This document shows positions 10,501 to 18,677 of a stretch of 26,630 nt of DNA, piece after piece. Position 1 is the stretch's first letter; every line of letters starts with the position of its first letter. Origin of the DNA: Chamaesiphon sp. (lineage in GTDB: Bacteria; Cyanobacteriota; Cyanobacteriia; Cyanobacteriales; Chamaesiphonaceae); contig CBDFFH010000003.1 in the NCBI GenBank assembly GCA_965246715.1, positions 1 to 26,630 on the forward strand, in the 5' to 3' direction. The position numbers were made by a program, and so were the translations under genes. The notes beneath the pieces are model-generated. The model did no database searches and was not told the origin of the DNA. It saw nothing but the letters and a program-made list of their open reading frames with translations.

Positions 10501-10695
10501 ATTGCCAAATAACAGGCGATGAATACTTATTATGGATTTTAGAAACAGAGGTTCAGCGTCTTCCCATCTTCCAAGGAATAAGTATAAGTATGAGTATGCC
10601 AAATTATTCAGAATATTGGCAGAATTGTTATTAGGGTTGGGGAAAAGATATCGAACAATAGTCAAAAATTGTTTAGCAATTGATAGCTTCATCAA
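7579..10695 (-). CDS. TPR-repeat CHAT-domain (caspase-like) protease; the true start is probably ATG 10756, with a frameshift near 10680
   Basis: About nine 44-aa TPRs (LATSLNNLAALY...GR..EAEPLLL.AL.I), then a CHAT domain with APDGDLNLVPF, catalytic His in IATHG, catalytic Cys in LLACSSG, plus SLWDV and HPMFWGAW. Confidence 0.92.
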   Translation of the reverse strand: MMKLSIAKQFLTIVRYLFPNPNNNSANILNNLAYSYLYLFLGRWEDAEPLFLKSIISIHRLLFGNIPNNDLAISLNSLGTLYSSQGRLIEAEPLLLEALNIRRQLLAEPILLEIIIRRLLFNKTLYNDLATSLNNLAALYQYQKRWVEAEPLLLEALNICRQLFGKTINNHLATSLNNLAALYLSQGRLIDAEPLLLQALNIRHQLFGKTINNDLATSLDNLGQLYLGQGRWEESEPLLLRSLSIRHQLFGEKVNKDLAISLNNLAQLYSQQERWMEAEPLLLKSLAIFRQLFSNNVNNDFGNTLSNLAQLYSKQERWMEAEPLLLESLAIFRQLFGSKANSGLAISLNNLARLCQSYGKWTEAETFLLRSLDICLQLFENNTNETLAASLNNLALFYIDQRKLVEAEPFLHKSLIIRCQLFVDRGHPELVASYQNYAFLLVKQERFTEAGTHLADAARVDIKVLADRFQGKTELERLSYRDRRQSTINYLLSCLWQYLADDSESIAQAFEVIYLWKSIATAVEIALSAAISRSDDLQLQQLAAERQQLRQQLHQITQTPPTENIEAYQQQVNRLQTRLDRAEKEIAAKVPRAELMETTIDRQAINLLVPAGATLVDFVRFDLYDLVTGKKGEPHYLAFILTHEGLGGIKLVKLGAAAEIDELITKFRQVASDLPGFESMGKYDRAPRKDPARLLAPYQAQAIDLRQTIFDPLDLPTHSTEVIFAPDGDLNLVPFGILPVENGILSDRLSIRYVSASRDLRTRPQPPAPASVGTIAANPNYDFPTRAIAPLPTTELEKSGSMSALSNKLTPLPQTEPLAQKIAQSLGIKPHLGNDAQAINLRQLRSPQYLVIATHGLHGLDPEGGDNPDPMRDAGLALAGFNTSLAGGELPSELEGGLFTARDLLELDLWGTQIAILLACSSGTGSVRQGEGVFGLKRALAIAGVATLIVSLWDVPVQTSILLMDKFFEYYQGGAGQPAAICLQQAQSYIRNITRAELLSIEQGRIILAEIDAKITHLQGAEHPLQHPMFWGAWLCQG

Positions 10696-10832
10696 TTTTT
10701 CCTTGAGAATACAGTTGATTCACTTGTCCATCGAGTGTATTCCACTCGTCAAGCATAAATATCCCCCTCACCTTCGAGCACCGAGCGTCAAAATGGCTTG
10801 GGTTAGTAGTCTTTCGATAATGTATCCACTCT

Positions 10833-11096
10833 TTAGGCTGTTTTATCTACCTGGGGTGGTTTGTTTTTAAGTGCTATTAGAGTTGCGGTGGGAACAAAAC
10901 CGTCTATTTGCTCGGTTGGATCGAGAGCTTCTAAGGCATACTATAAACCACTCGACCCAAACATTGCATTAGCAAGAACACAACCTACGACTTCTCCTGA
11001 AAATGGCAAGACGAACAGCGCACGACCGAGCGTAAAATCGAAAATATCATACAGAATACATACGATAAATTTGTGATGCCATTCCATAGTTCGCAC
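10833..11096 (-). pseudogene. Small membrane-protein gene interrupted by one in-frame TAG (10941-10943)
   Basis: AGGAGA RBS then GTG/ATG. Translation from ATG 11087: MEWHHKFIVCILYDIFDFTLGRALFVLPFSGEVVGCVLANAMFGSSGL*YALEALDPTEQIDGFVPTATLIALKNKPPQVDKTA*. It sits in the operon between two co-oriented genes. Confidence 0.55.
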
Positions 11097-11202
11097 GGCT
11101 AATTATCTCCTGACAATGATGTGAATGATTAAGGATCGAGGACTAGACGACAGATATACGTAAGTATGAGCGAAGATCGTCGTAAAAATTGTATCATTCG
11201 TC

Positions 11203-12063
11203 CTAGCTCACCCGATAGAAAGTATGTAACACTTCACCCTGGTGCAATTCCACTTGAGTCAACAACTCTGCCAACTGCACGGCATTTAACTGCAATACTC
11301 GATCTCGCGCCTCTTCTAACCAACTCAGAATTGGCATCTGCGGGACAATCCACCCCCACCATTCCTCTTTTCCAGGCTCTGCCCCCAGATAGGCGTAGGG
11401 AGATTCTGGCTGGGGTATACTCATTTCCCCTGGACTGACATTAATACTGGGAGCCTGTGTTGAAGGACAAACACAGTAAACTACCTTCGCATCGTCATAG
11501 TTTAGCAACAATACCTGTCCCATCCCTTCACTGACGATCTTAAATTTCAGCCCATCAATCCCTTGGGGCACTGCTTGTAAAAAAGATTTGGGCTGAGGAT
11601 TTTTTAAGGCACCTGCTTTCTGAACCTCATTCTCCGCAATATACGCGCCCATTCGCTCTGGTGCATATTTTCCTAACTCTTTCAATTGAGTCCACAACGC
11701 CTCAACCCCCAATTTACTCCGCCCCAACAGTCGCTCTTCCCATTGGGGATACTCCTGTTTCAACCATTGCCACACCACATCTACACGCTCTCCGGTGGCA
11801 TTTTCAAAGTCTACCCCCAAGTCAGTTAATTTATCATAGACATTTCCACTAATGCGCTTGTAATTATCTCCACCAATTTGCTTGTCAGCATAGATAGATT
11901 TTTTGATTTCTGGGATCGACTGATGTTCTCGTTGGCGATCGAATTGATAGGTAAATACCTCGATTTCTCCTGGCGTTAATTTCGCCTTTACCGCCAGATC
12001 GCTCAGAAATGAATACCATCGAAAATTAACTTCTATCATAAAGACACCTTCACCTACTAACAA
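11203..12063 (-). CDS. Hypothetical protein: N-terminal HTH-like region and C-terminal DUF4384-like beta domain
   Basis: 286 aa. LTPGEIEVF...VYDKL HTH-like start; C-terminal GQVLLLNYD...YCVCPS...IPQ resembles DUF4384-type domains. Confidence 0.55.
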   Translation of the reverse strand: MLVGEGVFMIEVNFRWYSFLSDLAVKAKLTPGEIEVFTYQFDRQREHQSIPEIKKSIYADKQIGGDNYKRISGNVYDKLTDLGVDFENATGERVDVVWQWLKQEYPQWEERLLGRSKLGVEALWTQLKELGKYAPERMGAYIAENEVQKAGALKNPQPKSFLQAVPQGIDGLKFKIVSEGMGQVLLLNYDDAKVVYCVCPSTQAPSINVSPGEMSIPQPESPYAYLGAEPGKEEWWGWIVPQMPILSWLEEARDRVLQLNAVQLAELLTQVELHQGEVLHTFYRVS

Positions 12064-12160
12064 TAATTAAGCCATGACTTTCATCAAATAATCATTATTT
12101 GCAACTGGATAGTAAAACAAATATTGATGAATAAATTCAGGCTGATTTGTAACTTTCACT

Positions 12161-12211
12161 AAGATAACTCATTCCAGTCAGAATTTACCATACCCTATAC
12201 GGGTATATTTT
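12161..12211 (-). promoter_or_regulatory. Conserved promoter-like element, copy A (upstream of the CHAT operon)
   Basis: 39/51 ungapped identity, counted by eye, to the reverse complement of 16470-16520. Confidence 0.55.
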
Positions 12212-12478
12212 TTTGGACTTATATTATCCCATTGTTGTGAGTATAAGTCGATTGGCTCCGAGCAATAGTATATAGTCCCGACCGAGATCGTAGCCCTTAA
12301 ACTTTGCCACCTGAAAAACGTTTTGATGATAGTTTTCTCTATTTTAGATCTAGAGTACCTAAAAAAACACCAAAAATAATATACCCAATCGGATCTTTTT
12401 TTGCCGTTATAAATGGCGATATAGTCGTGCTTGAGATAACAAATTTGTTTAAATTCAACAAATTAAGTCTCATGTCCG

Positions 12479-12536
12479 ATCGAAATTTGCCAAACAGCAG
12501 AAATCGATCGAGATAAGTAAATAGAACAGCCAAAAA
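12479..12536 (+). promoter_or_regulatory. Repeated leader element ATCGAAATTTGCCAAA...CAGAAATCGATCG.GATAAGTAA.TAGA (other copies at 12931-12980 and 15282-15340)
   Basis: Three similar copies, each ending about 15-25 nt upstream of a start codon. Confidence 0.6.
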
Positions 12537-12560
12537 CCTACACCAAGGTAAATCACCATC

Positions 12561-12818
12561 GTGTCAAATCAACTATCTCGCCGTCCGCTCCGGTTATCAG
12601 CACTAGCTCTGCTGGCTCTGATTTCGATCTCACTCGTCGGTTGCGACGAAAAAACCGGACAACAAGATTCAGGACAACAGGAGCAAGACGCTCGGAACAG
12701 AACGCAACAAGAACGAGATCGTCAAGCAGAACGAGATCGTCAGCCTACCCCTGCTCCTACCCCTGTTACACCAGTTGGTGGAGCTTGTGGACTCTATGGT
12801 AATGGCCCCTGTTATTAA
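12561..12818 (+). CDS. Small lipoprotein with a Cys-containing C-terminal motif
   Basis: Basic n-region, hydrophobic h-region, lipobox LVG-C, Gln/Arg-rich linker, PT repeats and terminal GGACGLYGNGPCY. Confidence 0.7.
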   Translation: MSNQLSRRPLRLSALALLALISISLVGCDEKTGQQDSGQQEQDARNRTQQERDRQAERDRQPTPAPTPVTPVGGACGLYGNGPCY

Positions 12819-12850
12819 ACCCACATTCCGCACTTCACTTTTTCAATGAC

Positions 12851-12887
12851 GTAGGGTGCGTTACGGCAATAGCCTAACTAACGCACC
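12851..12887 (+). repeat. GTAG-family REP-like palindrome
   Basis: GTAG-GGTGCGTTA...TAACGCACC. Confidence 0.6.
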
Positions 12888-12997
12888 AATTCTCGTCCTA
12901 GCTGGACACCAAACCTCGAACTGAGACTCAATCGAAAATTGCCAAATCACAGAAATCGATCGCGATAAGTAATTAGATCCAACAAGGAGAATCGATC

Positions 12998-13345
12998 GTG
13001 AACTTCCACAAGCAACTCAATCAATTAGTTAGCCGCGACGACATCATTACTAATCTCCCTGAAGTTGAGATTTTTTGTTCGGCAACAGACCAAAATCACC
13101 TACTCAGACGCTTACAACAACGAGCGATTAATTGGGACATGATCGGACTGGCAATCGCCTACGGTAAATTTCAATATTATTCCCAAGCCCAAACTTGGAC
13201 GCTATTCGATCGCAGTCTGATTCATACTCCCTACGCTCGATTCATCGACAAGCTACGCGGACTGCGAATCATTGCTACTAACTACTCCAGCGATGACACC
13301 CTCAGAGTCAGTACCGCTTACTGGGCATACGACTTGAGAAGATAA
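12998..13345 (+). CDS. Hypothetical protein (possible small RNase/toxin-like fold)
   Basis: AAGGAGA RBS and GTG start. HLLRRLQQRAI near the N-terminus and VSTAYW at the C-terminus loosely recall DUF4258/BECR-type patterns. Confidence 0.6.
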   Translation: MNFHKQLNQLVSRDDIITNLPEVEIFCSATDQNHLLRRLQQRAINWDMIGLAIAYGKFQYYSQAQTWTLFDRSLIHTPYARFIDKLRGLRIIATNYSSDDTLRVSTAYWAYDLRR

Positions 13346-13399
13346 TTCTCACGTAGTTTTTACTATTTAGATTCAATTAACCTACCGGAAACCACCATT

Positions 13400-13876
13400 A
13401 TGTCCACTACTTCAATCGCCACTATGTTTAAATCCACTGCTAATTTTTCAACGGTTATTAAAAAGACTACCTTGTCGCTAGCTATGGCTCTAACTTGCTT
13501 ACATCCAAGCATGGTGTTAGCTCAATCTAACTACGAACTTCAACAATTAGTTGAGTATCGCCAAAACTATCAAATGCAAGCAAACAATTTGCGGGCAAAA
13601 ATGATGTTTTACATGCTGTCAAATCCTCAAGCATCTGCGGCTGTATTGGCTTCAGGAGCGGGACTTGCCGCATTTTTAGAAGAAAACCTCGATTCAGGTA
13701 CTAAAGCCGCCTTGTTGTTAGCAGCAGCGATTGGTGGTGGTTACTGTCTCGATCGTGCCAATTTTGAAACCTGTGCCGACGTTGCTGCCACTTTGACTGC
13801 ATATGCGATCGAGATCGGCAAGTACGATCGAGCAATTAACTCGATATCTCAGCAAATTAGCTCTTTACAAGAATAG
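13400..13876 (+). CDS. Secreted helical protein with a central hydrophobic Gly/Ala hairpin
   Basis: Signal-peptide-like segment ending VLA-Q, hydrophobic AAVLASGAGLAAFL...AALLLAAAIGGGYC and coiled-coil flanks. Confidence 0.65.
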   Translation: MSTTSIATMFKSTANFSTVIKKTTLSLAMALTCLHPSMVLAQSNYELQQLVEYRQNYQMQANNLRAKMMFYMLSNPQASAAVLASGAGLAAFLEENLDSGTKAALLLAAAIGGGYCLDRANFETCADVAATLTAYAIEIGKYDRAINSISQQISSLQE

Positions 13877-13999
13877 CAAAATAGTAAGACAATTTTATTT
13901 TCTTACCCCATTAAACTGTATAAATAGTTAGACAGCGGACAGCAGGTGATGTTCTAAGCTGTCTAGATAACCCAGTTCACTCAAGGAGACTTTATTTGA

Positions 14000-14383
14000 A
14001 TGAGTACCATGACCTTTGAAGCAATCCCGGTGCAATGGACAGCCCTTCAAGCATTTGAGGAGATTGAACCAATCAATGATGCCGATCTGGAATGCTTGGC
14101 TGAAGTTCGGGAGGTTCTCAAGAAATATGGCAAACGAGAGCGATTCGGTGTAACGCTCTTGCACAAACACTTCGACATAGCTGAAGATGAAATCCTTGTT
14201 GAGACAACTGATGTAGAAGCCCGTCTTCTAACCACCAAACCGATGAAGAAAGACTGTGTTGGTAACACTGTAGAGACGACTTGGATGCTGCTTGATGGAG
14301 AAAACCGAGCAATGTTGGGGTGTCGAACGGTCTGTTCTCCAAATATCCACGGTAACCACCACCCATTCCATCAATCGACGTAA
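14000..14383 (+). CDS. Conserved hypothetical protein with a Cys/His-rich C-terminus
   Basis: AAGGAG RBS; motif CLAEVREVLKKYG..ERFGVTLLHKHF....DEILVETTD; ends CRTVCSPNIHGNHHPFH. Confidence 0.7.
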   Translation: MSTMTFEAIPVQWTALQAFEEIEPINDADLECLAEVREVLKKYGKRERFGVTLLHKHFDIAEDEILVETTDVEARLLTTKPMKKDCVGNTVETTWMLLDGENRAMLGCRTVCSPNIHGNHHPFHQST

Positions 14384-14405
14384 CTATTTTTAGTCTGGTG
14401 CTACA

Positions 14406-14840
14406 GTGAAATCAGTTTGCTGTAGCGTCTCTCAAGATGTAGACCCTGTGCAAAACTTATGTGGGTCTATATCTCCATGTGATTCAGATTCAACAATTCA
14501 GACTTTTATGCCCATCTTAAACAGACGCGTATACGTATATGTTGGTATCGGTGCCCTGATTGCATTATTACCACTTGCTTCATTTGCCCTAATTGCGCTT
14601 GAAGTGATAATGATATATCAGATCGCCAAATCTCACGATGAGGTTCATCTTTGGGAGCTAGTTTGGTACTGTTCAATTACAGAAGCGGTGAGTTTCTTCT
14701 TGAAATTCTTGGCATTATGGCTGCACTTTATACCAGTAATTGGACAAATAGCAAACTCAATCGTAGCTGGTGGATTTATATTCTTTGTATACAATCTAAC
14801 CGACGATCACTATAAAAAGAAAAAACTTTCCGATAAATAG
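14406..14840 (+). CDS. Small membrane protein (DUF697-like); likely start ATG 14508
   Basis: Three hydrophobic segments; LEVIMIYQIA and FIPVIGQIANSIVAG motifs. Confidence 0.6.
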   Translation: MKSVCCSVSQDVDPVQNLCGSISPCDSDSTIQTFMPILNRRVYVYVGIGALIALLPLASFALIALEVIMIYQIAKSHDEVHLWELVWYCSITEAVSFFLKFLALWLHFIPVIGQIANSIVAGGFIFFVYNLTDDHYKKKKLSDK

Positions 14841-15262
14841 TGAGGCTAAATACTCAAAATTTTATTGTTTCACAGTTGCGATATACTTCGTTAAGGTCGT
14901 GTATTCGCTCTAATGTGCAGTCGGTTATCGAGTGCTAGAGGTTGTCAGTTTTTGCACGCCCTACCCTGACTGCTCAGCGCACTGGGCGGACAGACCACAA
15001 TATCACTTTTGAGTAGCAGTAATCGTCATCCTAACCTCTCCCACTGATTTTAAGATCGAACCATTCACTCGTGAGAACGCTCGCAACTCGAATTTACAGG
15101 TAAGTTTCTATTCGCTCCCGATCCATTCTAACCTAGCGAGAAGGCAGTATTTGAATCGATCGAACCCTCAGATTTAGCATGGCAGTCAATGAAAGGTTTG
15201 TCGATCGAAAGCCCCCACACCCGCAGGGATGTCTGCGCCAAGGCATCCCCGCCGAATACCCC

Positions 15263-15612
15263 AACCTCGAACTGAGACTCGATCGAAATTTGCCAAAACA
15301 CAGAAATCGATGGAGATAGATAAGTAGAACAGACAAAAATAGGACGAAAAAATCATGAACTTTCACAAGCAACTCAATCAATTAGTTAGTTAGTCGCGAC
15401 GACATCATTACTAATCTCCCTGAAGTTGAGATTTTTTGTTCGGCAAAAGACCAAAATCACCTACTCAGACGCTTACAACAACGAGCTATTAATTGGGACA
15501 TGAGCCGAGGTTGCTGCTACTTTGACTGCATATGCGATCGAGATCGGCAAATACGATCGAGCAATTAACTCGATATCTCAGCAAATTAGCTCTTTACAAG
15601 AGTAGCGAAATA
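15263..15612 (+). pseudogene. Decayed, internally deleted copy of 12912-13884
   Basis: 15263-15503 matches 12912-13142, with a 4-bp TTAG duplication causing a stop. It is fused directly to 15504-15612, which matches 13775-13884. Confidence 0.85.
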
Positions 15613-15721
15613 GCATGTAAATCCTATTCATTCCAACCGATTAAGCTGGAGAAGGCAAGATCATTTAAAGCCACTCCAGTTCTCCAGCTCTCTCGATAAA
15701 TAGGATTTACATGCTATTTCG
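15605..15721. mobile_element. MITE-like element of ~117 bp
   Basis: 23-bp terminal inverted repeat CGAAATAGCATGTAAATCCTATT plus inner AGCTGGAGAA/TTCTCCAGCT. Its last 52 bp are repeated at 16309-16360. Confidence 0.65.
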
Positions 15722-16308
15722 AGATACCGATGACCCATTTGTTTGACTTTTTTCAACACTTGGATGCCACCATCTCGTTCAGTGATATTGGCTGCTGTCA
15801 CCCATACCCGTAAGACTAAGCCGAGTGTGTCTACTGTCACAAACCGCTTTCTGTGATTTGCTTACCTGTTATGCCTCACTGACCATTGCGGCACTTTTGA
15901 CACTTTGGCTATCGATTGCAGCCTCTGATGGGCTGGGTTGACGCTCTTGTTCTATTCTTACCCATGCTCTCAACCGATCGTGGATTTTGACCCATGTTCC
16001 ATCCTTGCGCCAGTCTCGAAAATAAGTATATACCGTCTGCCATGCTGGGAAATCTCCTGGTACGCTCGCCAACGACATCCTTCACACAGTAGATAGAAGA
16101 TTGCGTTGATTACCTCTGCGATCTCCACCTCTCGTGGACGACCACCTGGCTTTGGTGCTGGAATCATCCCACTAATTAATTCAAATTGGTCTGTGGTCAG
16201 GTTACTAGGATATGCTTTACTCATTCTGCTCACTTAGCACTACTCATTATCTATCTGTAGTCTATACCGAGTGAGCTTTTTTACCAACTGACTTTTCAAA
16301 CATCCTCT
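15722..16308 (-). mobile_element. Truncated, frameshifted IS5-family (IS1031-like) element
   Basis: Left end AGAGGATGTTTGAAAAGT (16308-16291). Transposase fragments MSKAYPSNLT...GGRPREV...GCRWR, PGDFPAWQTVYTYF...IDSQSVK and RKRFVTVDTLGLVL are broken by frameshifts; the 3' half is missing. Confidence 0.9.
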
Positions 16309-16469
16309 GCCACTCCAGTTCTCCAGCTCTCTCGATAAATAGGATTTACATGCTATTTCGCATATTTGCCTATTCGGGCTGCTCAATACAAAATGTAAAA
16401 GTGTAGTTATTAAGCCACTTCAGTTCTCTCGATCGAGTAAGATTTTAGTGACTTTTTATATAACCTATG

Positions 16470-16520
16470 AAAATTTGCCCTATGCGGGTATGGTAATTTC
16501 TGGATTGAATGAGTTACCTT
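16470..16520 (+). promoter_or_regulatory. Conserved promoter-like element, copy B (upstream of the MACPF-like operon)
   Basis: Inverted homolog of 12161-12211; contains CCC-N5-GGGTATGGTAA. Confidence 0.55.
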
Positions 16521-16621
16521 TGTTGACAACTAAAAGTTAGTCCAGATTGCATCATCATTAATTATTTTTTATTAAATCAATCGAAATAGTAGGCAAACCA
16601 AACAGTCAACAAGCCAGAGAC

Positions 16622-16837
16622 ATGCGACGCGATTGGGAAGATCGAACTCTCGGACACGATCGTCCCCAAACTCCCCCACCCCAAGGCTGCGGATGTTGTA
16701 TGGGCAAAGGAGCCGCCATACTGGTTTTAATCTCAGGGGTAAGTCTCCTTTCAACCCAAGTAAATCAGCAAAAATGGGAACATAAACCTGTTCCCCAAGA
16801 ACAAGTCAATCTTTTTTCTCAAGGAGATGGCAAATAA
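16622..16837 (+). CDS. Small hypothetical single-TM protein with a CGCC motif
   Basis: 71 aa, co-oriented with and 35 nt upstream of the next gene; GCGCC followed by a hydrophobic stretch. Confidence 0.45.
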   Translation: MRRDWEDRTLGHDRPQTPPPQGCGCCMGKGAAILVLISGVSLLSTQVNQQKWEHKPVPQEQVNLFSQGDGK

Positions 16838-16872
16838 CTATAACAATAAATTAATACTGGAGATTACAAAAA

Positions 16873-18003
16873 ATGCTTCGTTTTTTTAAGTTTGTTGGTT
16901 TTGCTATCCTGGGGTTTCTCTACCTAATTTTCTTGGCAGCTAATCCCCAGGCGGCACTTACATGGAGTGCGATTTTCATTGTCCTATATTTGATCGACCG
17001 AAAGCAGATAGCAGCAAAGCAGCGTAAACAGGCGATGATTCTTGCCCAAAAGCAAGAAAAGGAGGCAGCAAAGCAGCGTAAACAGGCGATGATTCTCGCC
17101 CAAAAGCAAGAAGAGGAGGCAGCAGAGCGGCGTAGACAGGAGGCTCTAGTACGTGAAGCGGCGGAGCAACGTAAGCAAGCGATTGTCTTAGCACGACAAC
17201 GCAAAGATTTATATGAATACGATCCTTCTATTCAGGAATCGGATAGACGCTCGACAAAAAATATGTGGGAAAATCCCGCACTATGGGCAGAAGCAATCGA
17301 TGCCCGTTATGGAGTTGCCAAAAAAAATGTACTAGATGCGGAGTTAGTACTTAATGATGATGTAGAACAGTTCGATCGATACAGACGACAATTGCAAGTT
17401 GAATTAATACCTAAATATGAGGCTGCAATTAGACCATTTATCGAGGATTTACAGCTTAGAGATGAGGATATTCCAACGCCAAGAGAATTAAAAATTGCGA
17501 TTGATTTTGTTTATCCTAGTAATTTGCTGCCTAATGTAATTCATCAAGATTTAGCAAGTTTGTCTCAAACTTTTGGGAATAGCCTCAGAAATGTATTGCA
17601 GGGCAAAGATATTATGAAGCTTCAGAAAGGAGATATGACTTCTATTGCTATTATGGCAGCATTCGCTGCAATTTCTTACCTGTATACCTTATCTACACAG
17701 CGTACAAAACTTGAGAAAGTACAAGCCGATGTCGATAAGCTCTGCGAACAAATTAGCGGAGCGATCAAAACCTATGGTAGAGCCTCGGAGGAAATTAAAC
17801 ATTTAAAATCAGTCCACCAAGTTGCCATCAATTATATGATGCGTTATCTTGACATTGCGCTCGAACTATCCACCCAAGGAAAAACATTCTCCGATCTCCA
17901 AGCAGCAGAGCGAAAGGCGATTGAAACTTGTTATCGGGGTGGGCAGTCATTAAAGCAGATAATGAAACAAGACGTAATCAAACCTATTGAAAATACAAAT
18001 TAG
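16873..18003 (+). CDS. Membrane-anchored coiled-coil hypothetical protein
   Basis: GGAG RBS; two N-terminal TM segments, 18-aa tandem repeats and an internal hydrophobic helix (IAIMAAFAAISYLY). Confidence 0.75.
   Translation: MLRFFKFVGFAILGFLYLIFLAANPQAALTWSAIFIVLYLIDRKQIAAKQRKQAMILAQKQEKEAAKQRKQAMILAQKQEEEAAERRRQEALVREAAEQRKQAIVLARQRKDLYEYDPSIQESDRRSTKNMWENPALWAEAIDARYGVAKKNVLDAELVLNDDVEQFDRYRRQLQVELIPKYEAAIRPFIEDLQLRDEDIPTPRELKIAIDFVYPSNLLPNVIHQDLASLSQTFGNSLRNVLQGKDIMKLQKGDMTSIAIMAAFAAISYLYTLSTQRTKLEKVQADVDKLCEQISGAIKTYGRASEEIKHLKSVHQVAINYMMRYLDIALELSTQGKTFSDLQAAERKAIETCYRGGQSLKQIMKQDVIKPIENTN
17011..17118 (+). repeat. 54-bp in-frame tandem repeat (2 near-identical copies plus degenerate copies)
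   Basis: Encodes AAKQRKQAMILAQKQE(K/E)E twice. Confidence 0.85.
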
Positions 18004-18009
18004 AAAAAT

Positions 18010-18480
18010 ATGAACGAAGAAATTGTCCCGAATAAAATTTATGCCGAACTCGTTAATAATCCACAAGTTGCAGAGTATGTTGACTTAGCATTTCAGCTAG
18101 CTCCATTGGCTAACCAAGCACTTGAATTAGCTTTTCAAGCTCTTCCATTGGTTAACAAGGGATTGGATTTAGCAGAACAACTGGATCGAGAAAAGACAAC
18201 TCGATTAGCAATTCAAGAAAATGCCGATCTTCAACGTAGAACGATCGAGCGTCGCATGACGCAGCTTGATGCTGAATTGGAGGCAGATTTAGAGAACAAC
18301 AAAAACGTTGTTGCTACGAGTATGCGAGTTTTCGAGAAAATGGTTGAAAACGGTCATATCGACCAAGCGATGATTTTACACGAACGAATTATTAGCAAGC
18401 TCTCAGGACGTGCGAGTATTGCCGCTGATAAATTCAATCAGAACAATCCTGATGGAGAGGTTAAATTTTACACTACTTAG
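18010..18480 (+). CDS. Helical coiled-coil hypothetical protein
   Basis: 156 aa, 6 nt after the preceding gene; internal LAFQ.APL.N repeat. Confidence 0.7.
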   Translation: MNEEIVPNKIYAELVNNPQVAEYVDLAFQLAPLANQALELAFQALPLVNKGLDLAEQLDREKTTRLAIQENADLQRRTIERRMTQLDAELEADLENNKNVVATSMRVFEKMVENGHIDQAMILHERIISKLSGRASIAADKFNQNNPDGEVKFYTT

Positions 18481-18677
18481 GAGTTGAACGGTATAGAGCA
18501 AACTCGAATAGCATTAGATGGAAGCTGCGTGGTTGCATTTTACAATCAAATTCTCATGGCTTGCACTGAATCGCTCGCGTCTAATTTGCTCTGTCTAGAG
18601 GGACAAACGATCGAAACGTTATATTTTAAGTAATTCAATGCTTTAGGCGAGAGGCTTCGCCAACAACATAAAATTGT

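Noticed and set aside
9480..10620. 132-bp DNA repeats as a DGR or mobile repeat
   Set aside because: Explained by TPR coding repeats; no reverse transcriptase is present and no adenine-specific variation pattern was evident.
10532..11438. Plus-strand ORFs 10532-10870, 10861-11076 and 11166-11438
   Set aside because: Antisense to better-supported minus-strand coding sequence (CHAT start, pseudogene, DUF4384-like gene).
12479..14840. Integron cassette array
   Set aside because: No recognisable attC structures (RYYYAAC...GTTRRRY), and the recombinase lacks the IntI-specific insertion.
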